Below are positions 38,901-46,196 of a DNA stretch of 46,196 bases, piece after piece; within the stretch, counting starts at the first letter, position 1, and the number at the start of each line of letters is the position of its first letter. The notes beneath the pieces are model-generated. The model saw only the letters and a list, made by a program, of their open reading frames with translations, searched no databases and had not been told where the DNA came from. The translations under genes were made by a program, and so were the position numbers. This DNA is from Phoronis australis (Eukaryota > Animalia > Phoronida), in the NCBI GenBank assembly GCA_002633005.1, contig NMRA01001140.1, positions 1 to 46,196 of the forward strand, read 5' to 3'.

Positions 38901-41900
38901 CAGGCCCAGTTCGACAGCCAGTGAAGAGAACAGTTTGTCATCCAATGAACAGATCGGCGAGCCTAAGTTTGAAAAAATTATTGTGGACTTGTATTGGAGC
39001 TATTTGGAAGGTGCCAGGTGTGTGGCGCGGGAGTCACACGGCGGGATGTAAGCAGTTGGGTGCTCAGATCACCCTCCAGTGGAAGTGTGTCGCGGGACAC
39101 TCGGGCAAGTGGGACAGTTCTTCCTCTGTACGTGAGACGATAATGAGTACACCCCAGTACGCTGCAACAGCGTGGCAAGTTGACTGACTCGTAAGCAAAA
39201 GCAAACAACGACCGAACTTATCACAACCGAGGTAGAACAATGACTGACTCCACTGCTCTCACTGTCAGACTATATGAAAAGAAATTGGCGCGAAATTCTT
39301 GCCTCCCAAATCGTCACTTCCGGAGTAGACGACGAGTAATTAATTAAATTACGAGCCGCTTTAAATAAGTGAAAAATATGTCTGGGATAAACAACGAACC
39401 TTATTTTTTGCTAAAAATGACATGAAAAAGGTTGCCTTCGCGTTTAAACCAAAAATTACTGTATGCTCTACTTCAACATTTTGGTTCAAAGAATTTAGCG
39501 TAAGAAGTTACGTTGCTGGTGAAACCGTTTTAGCTAAAGCAGGGTTTGTCACCATGTTAAATGATACCAGATGCTAAGCAAGTCTCAAATTTACCTGTAG
39601 TAAATGGCTTAATGAAGAAGACTTCTCAGTTGGGCGGAAGTTTTGTGAGCTTTGGTTTAAGCAAAAGTGTGTCTAGACCACAATTAACGGCATGATGTAC
39701 GAGTAACACTTACAGCTGTACTGCAAAACTGTGACCTAATCGCACTCGAGCGTCCAAGTTGAGTTTTTAAACCAGCAGTGTTCAATCAAGCCTGATGAAA
39801 GATTTTGTCAACATATGTTTGAGAATACAATACGCAAACATCAATTGAACTTTATTCACTGCTTTTGCGCCATGTGCAGTACCATGCAGCTGCATTATTC
39901 TTGGACGCGATTTCCCAACGTAAGGTAGTTTCTCAATCCAACTCATGACTGTGTTTCAGTTTGGTCGGTATGTCTGTGAGTATGGTTGTGACGTTCAATA
40001 AGCCCGTTCCAGTGTGAACACTCAGCTGTGGCAGCAAATTAGCGGTTGAAATAATCAGCCATGTCTCTTCAGTGTCATCATTAATGAAATAACAACCGTT
40101 GTACCTAAACAGGGGCTTCAAGAGACTAATATTTTCACAAACTCAGGGCATCGTTTTGAGTACAAAATATAGCCTGAAACGAAATGTGAAAATCCAAAAC
40201 CGATGTTGAGACACCGCTGCAGTTTCACTGAAATCAGTCAGTGGCACGTGGCAAACCAACTGCTGGTACACAATTTTCAATAGAATCACCTAACATCATG
40301 GATATTTGACTATAATCCCTAACAACATTTTTTTCAACTAATCTTTCTACCTACATGTATCCAAACCAACCTAGAAAACAGGCAGTTGAGTTTTTGAGCA
40401 TGTCACTTTTTGTTTTTTAATCACCATGTTCACAACTAAACGCATTTCACCAGAATTTCATGCGGTGACTGTACAGTACTATCCAAATATCCTGTTCTGC
40501 AATTCGACTCACCAAACATCTCTGCAGTTTCAATACCCGGGTCCTCAGCGCAGCAGATGTGTGTTTGAGATAACCTTTTCATGTACAGATTTGGAATGTT
40601 TACTGGCACAACATGAGGAAGAACGGAATTATTCTAAAACCCGCTCGAACCCCACGACCCGCACACCCCACGACCCCTTCGACCCTTACACCTCACGACT
40701 CCATCGACCCACGACCCTGCGACCAACAACCTGCGGCAATAGATGTATATTTTCGCTCTTTACATAATCCATAGTCATATTACGTCGCTGAATGACTTTC
40801 CCGTAAGACTTACCTGCACGCAAATCTGCTCTGGCTGAAGTCTGGTGGTTTAAAACATAAAGTTGCGTCAGAACATGACCTGAAGTAGCGAATTGTGAGC
40901 GTGCCATCGTTGTCATGGAAATACATGTAGTTCCATGAACGGATACCAATGACCCAGTTCTACTAAGCTTAGGGTGAGAGTACGTTAACGTGAACGGGCA
41001 TAATAACATAATTTCATCATTTGCTTTTTGTTGAATAATCCTTTAATATATAGTCCATGTAACGTTGAGATACCTTTTATTTAACAACTTGTTTTATTTT
41101 TCAAACTGTATTTAATGAAGAAATTACATATTCATCGCTTCCTCGCACTCTCCCAAAAAGATTGAACCTGATACCCACTAAAAAGCAGACGAAACGATTG
41201 CACTTTGCCGGGAACGACATTTGTAGAGTTGATAGATCTTTGATTTGATTTCGTCGCGCTGTTGTTTGCTGTTTTTGTCTTTCAAATTGCTAATTCTATT
41301 CTCTTAATTGCAAAACATAGGGAAAAGTAACCGAGCTCACGGCCCAACTCGTTGGTCCTGCAAGTCAGTGTTTGTTCTATGTTCATGTTCTAGTCAAGCT
41401 TGTGCAAGCTGGGTCAAAGGGGTTGTGGGCCGTGGGTCGAGGGAGTCGTGGGTCGTATTCACAGATATTCCTATTAAGGCCAAAGGGTGGTGACTTGTAC
41501 TCTGAGGTCATGCCGTAGCCTTTGGTTTTGCTGCCATGACAAAACATGACGCAGGTGGCTTACGCCATGACCGTTCAGTGTGGTGCAGTTATAGAACCCA
41601 CATGCGGTACCTGATAGCAACGCCACCTATACCAAACTAACTAGGTAACGTAAAGGAACAGTGGTCACGCCAACGCATTCCATTCGTCCGTAAGGACATT
41701 TAGACTATACGGTTAAGTTACATGTGGCATTTCGCTTCACAGAGACTTGATGTGTGGTTTGCTGCAGTGTAGCGGCGGCGATGCTTACCGCTTTTCCGTC
41801 TACCCGCACTTCATGGTGAACCACGGAGGATGCCGAGCTATCACATTTAGTGCCAATCCCGACTTAGGCATGACTGAAGACGGCAGTATTTGTGGAATTG

Positions 41901-44900
41901 GGAAGGTAGGTTCATTTTGAGTAGCTATGATTGTTTTTAACGGAGAATGCTACTCGCGCAATTTTTCGAGCGTCGGGCACATATTCTTAAGCACAATTCT
42001 TTGCTCGTAGCGCAGTGGACTTAACTTTGAAAACAAAATTCTTTCAAATCGCTGGGCAGATAAGTGCAAAATGCACCGCAATCGTGCAAATGATGATACA
42101 AGCACCAGATTTTCCATGGTGACTCATAATAGCATAACCAGCACTCCTGCTGACTGGGGTTAGATTCAAGGTGAAGAGTCATGGAAAATACATGTACAGT
42201 GAACAACCCTTCCACCAATAGCTTCCTGCTGCCAGGAATTGACCAAATGCTGCTGTAAGAAAGGTTGCACCTGGAGGTACAAATGTTTCCGAGCAAGACT
42301 TCCTTGTGCCGCTCTGTGTAGCTGTGTATGTGACCAGTAACGTCGTGAACGAATTCATCAAGGGAATTAATAATAGACAATAGATTCTGAACAATACACA
42401 ATTGTGTGTTATTATTTTAGCATTACTGTGATGTTCATGTTCGACTAAGTTTGTGATTTATGATTCCGTCCATTTATTTTATATTTGATGTGCGAGAGCA
42501 CAGTTCCGTTTCTCGAAATGCATTTTGATGTTGTATTTTTTGTTTATTTTGTTAGTAGTTGCCCACATGGTGTTAAATTGCTTCTAAAAATATCAGAAAT
42601 GAATTCAGCATATTCAAAAAACATACAATTTGACAACAAGTTCATGAAAATCGGTTGGACAGAGACAGATTTATGCGGAAAAGCATTACCCGCATGCACC
42701 AAATGGCGGACATTTTGAAAAATGGCCGCCACTTTGGATTTTTAGGTTGTCGTACAGATCTGTTGAGTATACCTTAGGAAGTCACCATGCCAATTTTAGT
42801 GCTTGCATCATCAAATGCATGATTTTTCCACTATCTGCCCAGCTAAAAAAACTTCAGTTATAGTCTCGTCCGTTAAGTTGTTAATCAAAACACTTCCCTA
42901 TCCAAGAGTTTCGTTAATACGAATGGATTTTTTTGCATTTTGTATTCGTGTGTGTGTGTGTTTATGAATTGCTGTGTACCCCCCTAGGCCTATACAAAGA
43001 ATCAACATTTGTGATGACTTTCTGCTTCATAATACATGACATTTGTTCCCACAGGTGTGTGTTAACGCGACTTGCCAATCCATAATTCCAAGAAATGCGG
43101 TAAGCGAATAAGTGAAATATAAATTTTAACTGACGAAAGACACGCACAAGGTCCTACAGAGGCGGGTAGTCGACGGCTGGAATAGAGGTGTAGTCACTGT
43201 AAAAGCTGTCTTGCTATTGTGTTTCAAGCTTCGCAGAGGACACGGATACCTAACGCCTGATGCCTTCATCAATTCAACAACTCCCCTAAGACCTCCATAA
43301 GGACCATATCACTCCCAAATAACTGTCTGATTAGACCTTTCGTTCCTTTCCTAAGAAAGCAGGCACTTTAAGCCAAATATGCGCCTCTAATACAACACAG
43401 TTCAGACTTTTATATTCAGGCTGTAAAATACATAATCAATTCCTACTCAATTTCCCGTTTTCAACATCGTGAGTACGTCGACGTGACAGGACTCTTACTC
43501 ACAGCGTGGTCACGTGCACCCATCTCTGGGGGATATCTTAGCCCGTAGCAACGTTATGTTGTAGTCTCTCTGCATTTGTTTGTCAACACATCATAGTTTG
43601 ATATGACGCTTGGAAAGGGGTTTTCAATGACATTATAACCTTGAGTTTTAAAATCGACGAGACAAAACTCCGAAGTATCTAATTTCTTCTTTAGGCTGAA
43701 CACGAGATCTGAATGAACAAATCTAAATTAGTCATCGTCTTGCTTGGTTTAGTTCAGAATACCTAAAGTTTATTGTTAAAAATTGTCTTCTCAGGCAGCA
43801 CTTAGTACATGCATGAACGGTATTGTGGAACCTGGTGAACAATGCGACTGCGGGTTACCTTCCCAGTGTAACCACCACTGCTGTATCCCGTGGACGTGTA
43901 CTTTGAATCGCGGGTCCCAATGTGCCGATGGACCTTGCTGTGATCTCAACCTTTGTCTGGTAAATCATTGGACACCGGTATTTAAATGTGATAACCGATC
44001 TTCAACTATGTAGCTGCCAAATACACTGTTATAACTGTAAAGAAGGGGAGGAGGTTAACGTCAAGCTAACAACCAAAGCTATACCAGATGTCCCGGCTGT
44101 CACGCTAAGTGATAGCACATCGGGTGTTGTTTTCTAACATACGCTGGTCCCCAGTAAAAGCCAGGTCTCCAATCCTAGTTCTATATTTCTTACAGAGTGG
44201 AGATGACTATTGGTGCTAACGATTTCTAGCCCCAGAGCTTTGACCTTATTAGTAAAGGTGGTTCACTCTAGACGTCTTAAAGTAGCCTTATTTCTAATCA
44301 CTCCATTACGCAGTGGAATTTTTTGTAAAACAAGACTTATAGTGTGGCCGTTTTTATATCCAAATCATACACTGCAGGGTGGGTGCGAGCGTTTCAGGAC
44401 ATCACCTGCAAGCATAATACTGTTTCTTTATTGGCATAAGACAGCAACAACGTGCCGAATGACGTTGCATCGTGTAGGTCACGTGGTTCATTACATTCCT
44501 CACGCCTGTCGGCAATTACTGCTGAACTGCGTTGGAACGTTTCTCAGGTATATGCTTGGAGTGAGCCAACACAGCGTATTTCAAGATAAAGAGTCTTATC
44601 TGAAACGTTTTAAATTGATGGTCGTGTGAATCCAGCACTATCCCATGCTTTGTGAACAGAAATATAAGGAAACATCTTCGGCCATGTATTTCCGGAAAAG
44701 AAAAAAATCTACGCGTGACCAGTTGATAAAAACGACTGTTTTCATCACCATATTTTTTGATTTGGCTTCACCAACTTTCTATCTCATTTGATTTAAACCA
44801 CTTATCCTTAATAAGTTTCTGTCAAATTGCTCCTTTGACAGTTTTAAATAGATTTGAGGACTTCAAAGAAATTAGCAGTTCGTCATTATTTTGCACCAGG

Positions 44901-46196
44901 CTGTTGACGTACATGTATCACTTTTAATCCGTGCAAGGTGTTTGGGATTTAGACACAGTCATTTCTTTTTAAAGCCAATGATTTTTTGTTATCTGAGTAA
45001 GAAACAAGTTGGGACCAACTTTGCAACGTTAAGTGGTCTCAATCAAATTGTCCCTTCTCGTATGGAACACAGATTTATAGCCGCTTCAACGGAAATGTCT
45101 ATCTAATATTTGTGTTCAAGTTCAAACCATCGACGGAAGTGTGCAGGGACAAGACCGACACATGCGATCTTGCTGAATACTGCAGAGGGAATTCCAAAAA
45201 CTGTCCAAATGACAGGCGCAAGCGTGATCGAGCCGTTTGCCGTGTTGGTTCAGAGATGGTAAGCATGGGATATAATTAGTGCTTTAATACCACTGTATGC
45301 CTTTTCTGCTAATGGCTAAATTTGTGACAATGTCCCACTCGAACCACTAATTATTTGATAATGTTGAACAAAAGTGACTAAACCAGTATTCTAGGCCTGT
45401 TATAACGGCATATCGTTCTCAAATAATCACTTAATTAACACACTGATTCTTCATCGACAGATACAGAAAAGTGTGCATTGGTTAAGAGAAGATTAAACGT
45501 GCACTTTTGCACAACATGGTGGCTTGAGTAGTTACATCCACTAAATACCCATGATTATGATCACATACGTGTATAGGAGAAAAAAATTTATAAAAGGTGG
45601 AATGTGGCTACGGCCGTGCCAAAAACACCAATGGTTAGGGGCCAGACGTATTTCGCTAGGAAATTGTGGCAGGGTTCCCGTGTTGCAAAATTCTAGTACT
45701 ACCGATCCGCCGGTGTTAAAATACGTCAACTCGGCCAACTCTCTCAGATTTTAGTCACATCTATGTCTAAGCTGTCCAAAAGCCCTGTGAAATCTTTGTT
45801 AATTACATTGTATGCGAACAGAAATAATTTTATGGTAGTTGGTGAATGATTTAAGCCAGAAGTCGCCATGTAACTTATCTTCTCCTTGTCCATTTAGTAG
45901 ACTTTTCAAATAATTTAAAAAATTTACTCCAAACTTTTCCCGATGGGAAGATTATTGTTGACACCTGTTAAATAGTCACAGTCGGGTTTAGTATCGAGTA
46001 GTGCGTTTTGCGTAAAGTAGCTGCAATACCAGTTTTTGCCTTACAGTCGTACTGCTACAAAAACAAGTGCGTAAGCCACACACAGCGGTGTCGTGAGCTG
46101 TTTGGACCGTCAGCCAGAGCTGCCCAACGACCGTGTTACCGAATGAACAGGGAAGGATCCATTCGAGGCAATTGTGGAGTCGACAACAACGGGAAG
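2861..46196 (+). CDS. ADAM-family zinc metalloprotease with at least 4 tandem disintegrin/cysteine-rich modules (29 exons in window, 5'- and 3'-incomplete)
   Basis: 29 exons with AG/GT boundaries and matching phases sum to 3848 nt (2 nt + 1282 codons) with no internal stop. Motifs in ADAM order: [45 protein letters not shown], four CxNG..GE(E/Q)CDCG disintegrin starts, Cys-rich domains and one EGF. Confidence 0.93.
3209..3282 (+). CDS. ADAM exon w2: prodomain ([24 protein letters not shown])
   Basis: gattgcag / gtaagt, phase 0 to 2. AF..LxLDLxLN prodomain motif. Confidence 0.9.
4312..4409. repeat. Degenerate ~30-bp tandem repeat, about 3 copies
   Basis: caactgtgtatagctagggtactgcagttt / cagcgatgtccaggtagggctacagtagttt / caactgtgtgtagctaggataatgtaggtt. 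Confidence 0.6.
4916..4994 (+). CDS. ADAM exon w3: prodomain ([26 protein letters not shown])
   Basis: ttgttgtag / gtttga, phase 2 to 0. NFxxxYYxxDG motif typical of ADAM prodomains. Confidence 0.88.
6138..6220 (+). CDS. ADAM exon w4: prodomain ([27 protein letters not shown])
   Basis: attctag / gttagt, phase 0 to 2. CYYQG and ALSTCxGL hallmarks. Confidence 0.95.
8071..8239 (+). CDS. ADAM exon w5: prodomain C-terminal part ([26 protein letters not shown]...FNDR)
   Basis: ttctttccag / gtaggc, phase 2 to 0. FxLEP and HxVxR motifs. The 3' end is less certain because of an internal gtaaaa near 8157. Confidence 0.85.
8505..8950. mobile_element. Palindromic foldback/MITE-like element with arms of roughly 170-200 bp
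   Basis: acaagtacttgatgtttcacaacttccactga…tgtcataggataatgacattctattgagttggg is mirrored by cccaactcaatagaatgtcaccatcctatgaca…tcagtggaagttatgaaacgtcgagtacttgt. Outer ends approximate. Confidence 0.8.
9942..10025 (+). CDS. ADAM exon w6: furin site (R|LRR) and metalloprotease start ([28 protein letters not shown])
   Basis: tttttag / gtaaga, phase 0 to 0. [11 protein letters not shown] is the reprolysin N-terminal strand. Confidence 0.95.
10847..10918 (+). CDS. ADAM exon w7: metalloprotease ([24 protein letters not shown])
   Basis: ttttcag / gtgagt, phase 0 to 0. RxxEIxN helix. Confidence 0.92.
11480..11931 (+). mobile_element. 5'-truncated non-LTR retrotransposon (L1/Tx1-like ORF2 C-terminus + 3' UTR)
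   Basis: ORF 11513-11803 …ILG…[13 protein letters not shown]…P.F..F……EK..A…….F..KW..F resembles the ORF2 tail of L1/Tx1-clade LINEs. It is followed by a T-rich UTR, AATAAA (11915-11920) and a short A run. Confidence 0.7.
11935..12450. mobile_element. Family A element, right half only
   Basis: ctccatgtaacgttgagatactttt…gcagacga…gatttgattt…gtcctgcaagtc…gggtcg repeats align with 2235-2730 and 41010-41460. It begins directly after the LINE tail. Confidence 0.8.
13384..13553 (+). CDS. ADAM exon w8: metalloprotease ([23 protein letters not shown]...SDTTHLIT)
   Basis: tattcag / gtaaaa, phase 0 to 2. VALxGVEIW and DxxHLIT motifs. Confidence 0.95.
14223..14304 (+). CDS. ADAM exon w9: metalloprotease ([27 protein letters not shown])
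   Basis: gtttccag / gtaagt, phase 2 to 0. GxAYxGTVC motif. Confidence 0.92.
14269..14710 (+). repeat. 42-bp minisatellite (about 10-11 degenerate units) whose first unit is the 3' end of exon w9 plus its splice donor
   Basis: Unit gtttgcgtgttcagtcattcggtgggagcgaccgtg|gtaagt recurs at 14269, 14311, 14353, 14395 and onward to about 14710. Confidence 0.9.
15592..15728 (+). CDS. ADAM exon w10: catalytic zinc site (…[32 protein letters not shown])
   Basis: cattccag / gtaagc, phase 0 to 2. Intact HExxHxxGxxHD at 15634-15669 and Met-turn CLM, so predicted catalytically active. Confidence 0.97.
17028..17292 (+). CDS. ADAM exon w11: end of metalloprotease + disintegrin 1a (WSDCS…CLLNVP…[16 protein letters not shown]…CCDLDTCS)
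   Basis: ttcctacag / gtaaga, phase 2 to 0. Confidence 0.96.
18302..19287. mobile_element. Non-autonomous TIR element, family B (hAT-like ends), with an internal tRNA-like segment and a 54-bp tandem duplication (18715-18821)
   Basis: Left tagcggcggatgcaggatat resembles cagtggcggatctaggatat at 30084; right end cctaaatccgcctatg. Interior 18430-19010 aligns with 30180-30710. A solo related end lies at 6903-6930. Confidence 0.7.
19440..19527. repeat. Short direct repeat, 2 copies
   Basis: aaatgaaattgttaagttgacatcggattcacgaaat / aaatgaagcagttgagttgacgtcggattcacaaaat. Confidence 0.55.
19650..19784 (+). CDS. ADAM exon w12: disintegrin 1b ([45 protein letters not shown])
   Basis: cccttttag / gtaggt, phase 0 to 0. 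CR…CDxPEYCTG…CPxD. Confidence 0.95.
20002..20171 (+). CDS. ADAM exon w13: Cys-rich 1a ([20 protein letters not shown]…GDCGHD…ACHL)
   Basis: gttttcag / gtaagt, phase 0 to 2. Confidence 0.95.
21113..21314 (+). CDS. ADAM exon w14: Cys-rich 1b (NVGCGRLHC…[13 protein letters not shown])
   Basis: ttcatag / gtggga, phase 2 to 0. CGxLxC and DGTxCG motifs. Confidence 0.94.
21924..21995 (+). CDS. ADAM exon w15: Cys-rich 1c + first half of EGF ([24 protein letters not shown])
   Basis: ggttgcag / gtttgt (weak donor), phase 0 to 0. Confidence 0.85.
22212..22376 (+). CDS. ADAM exon w16: disintegrin 2a ([30 protein letters not shown]…CCNNDTCQ)
   Basis: catccag / gtaaat, phase 0 to 0, 165 nt. Confidence 0.94.
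24462..24593 (+). CDS. ADAM exon w17: disintegrin 2b ([44 protein letters not shown])
   Basis: tattttag / gtatgt, phase 0 to 0. Too short for the ORF track; translated by eye. Confidence 0.94.
25064..25233 (+). CDS. ADAM exon w18: Cys-rich 2a ([20 protein letters not shown]…GDCGHD…PCSS)
   Basis: tgtccag / gtatgt, phase 0 to 2, 170 nt like w13. Confidence 0.95.
26600..27275. repeat. Old diverged tandem duplication (about 26600-26885 vs 26995-27275)
   Basis: Collinear blocks atttgcattgtgag, caaaaatcgt.tag, gtcgat.ttcgtag and atctaaatcagaaa.caac each occur twice, roughly 380-400 bp apart. Confidence 0.7.
29085..29268 (+). CDS. ADAM exon w19: Cys-rich 2b (DVKCGRLHC…[15 protein letters not shown])
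   Basis: cccatag / gttaag, phase 2 to 0. Confidence 0.94.
30084..31429. mobile_element. Family B TIR element spanning an assembly gap
   Basis: TIR cagtggcggatctaggatatcacaagggggggcccaaca vs reverse-complemented right end cagtggcggatctaggataccacagggggacccaaca. No matching 8-bp TSD is seen, so the two ends may come from different copies. Confidence 0.75.
30788..31133. other. Assembly gap (346 N); a single-N gap also lies at 650
   Basis: Run of n in the sequence. Confidence 1.
32252..32317 (+). CDS. ADAM exon w20: Cys-rich 2c + EGF start ([22 protein letters not shown])
   Basis: gttccgcag / gtaagt, phase 0 to 0. Confidence 0.9.
33152..33263 (+). CDS. ADAM exon w21: EGF-like domain and GGSxxSG linker ([37 protein letters not shown])
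   Basis: ttctcag / gtaagt, phase 0 to 1. Typical ADAM EGF C-half CxCxxGxAPPxC…GGSxxSG. Confidence 0.94.
34826..34974 (+). CDS. ADAM exon w22: disintegrin 3a ([26 protein letters not shown]…CCNTETCQ)
   Basis: ccgtctag / gtattt, phase 1 to 0, matching the phase-1 end of w21. Confidence 0.93.
35239..35373 (+). CDS. ADAM exon w23: disintegrin 3b ([45 protein letters not shown])
   Basis: gtttctag / gtatgt, phase 0 to 0. Confidence 0.94.
37953..38125 (+). CDS. ADAM exon w24: Cys-rich 3a ([20 protein letters not shown]…[17 protein letters not shown])
   Basis: ccttgtag / gtatgt, phase 0 to 2. Confidence 0.94.
38173..39447. mobile_element. Foldback DNA transposon derivative with ~320-bp inverted arms, TTAA at both ends (Kolobok-like)
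   Basis: 38173-~38490 is the diverged reverse complement of ~39130-39447, e.g. ttaaatgcgaaggcaacctttttt…ctactccggaagtg…gagtcagtcattgttctacctcg…gtcagtcaacatgccacg. Confidence 0.85.
38443..39125 (+). pseudogene. Frameshifted N-terminus of a THAP-domain transposase plus a downstream CxxC…C..GH zinc-finger segment
   Basis: Pieces in shifting frames: [10 protein letters not shown]…RRFPKD / [13 protein letters not shown] / LKKDIIPSL (THAP signature, AVPTIF-like box), then [11 protein letters not shown]… / [22 protein letters not shown]. No catalytic domain is present. Confidence 0.75.
40625..41471. mobile_element. Family A element, full-length uninterrupted copy (~850 bp)
   Basis: cgaccc repeats at the left end and gggtcg repeats at the right. 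The interior aligns with 240-493 joined to 2091-2740. Confidence 0.8.
41743..41905 (+). CDS. ADAM exon w25: Cys-rich 3b ([12 protein letters not shown]…[15 protein letters not shown])
   Basis: cttcacag / gtaggt, phase 2 to 0. Confidence 0.93.
43055..43099 (+). CDS. ADAM exon w26: Cys-rich 3c, no EGF part ([15 protein letters not shown])
   Basis: gttcccacag / gtaagc, phase 0 to 0, 45 nt. Confidence 0.87.
43795..43959 (+). CDS. ADAM exon w27: disintegrin 4a ([30 protein letters not shown]…CCDLNLCL)
   Basis: ttctcag / gtaaat, phase 0 to 0, 165 nt like w16. Confidence 0.94.
45121..45258 (+). CDS. ADAM exon w28: disintegrin 4b ([46 protein letters not shown])
   Basis: gttcaag / gtaagc, phase 0 to 0. 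Confidence 0.92.
46047..46196 (+). CDS. ADAM exon w29: Cys-rich 4a, runs off the window end ([23 protein letters not shown]…[10 protein letters not shown])
   Basis: ccttacag acceptor, phase 0, open to the last base. Confidence 0.93.

Noticed and set aside
42021-42401. Minus-strand 126-aa ORF and overlapping frames with faint MFS-transporter-like wording (RSAGYAI…GKSGA)
   Set aside because: It needs stops or frameshifts, has no clear splice structure, and the similarity is too weak to support without a database search.
22212-46196. Modules 2-4 as separate tandem ADAM paralogues or pseudogenes
   Set aside because: I found no additional prodomain, HExxH, TM or terminal exons between modules. 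The module 1-2 gap is only 216 nt, all junction phases match, and there are no disabling mutations.

Overview
Eukaryotic (animal, most likely invertebrate) genomic DNA. Almost the whole window is one intron-rich gene on the + strand. I traced 29 GT-AG exons from 2861 to the window end (46196); they splice in frame without a stop to about 1282 codons. The product is an ADAM-family (reprolysin/M12B) zinc metalloprotease: prodomain, furin site RLRR, and an intact [12 protein letters not shown] + Met-turn catalytic domain. It departs from the canonical ADAM plan of one disintegrin (D), one cysteine-rich (C) and one EGF domain followed by a transmembrane segment. Instead it carries at least four tandem, diverged D+C modules: Pro-M-D1-C1-(half EGF)-D2-C2-EGF-D3-C3-D4-C4(partial). 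The first exon (ATG/signal peptide) and the 3' end lie outside the window. The introns contain several non-autonomous TIR elements (one nested), a foldback element with a THAP/zinc-finger transposase relic, an L1/Tx1-type LINE 3' end, a 42-bp minisatellite built from an exon end plus its splice donor, and two assembly gaps. Exon boundaries were read by eye and have no transcript support.
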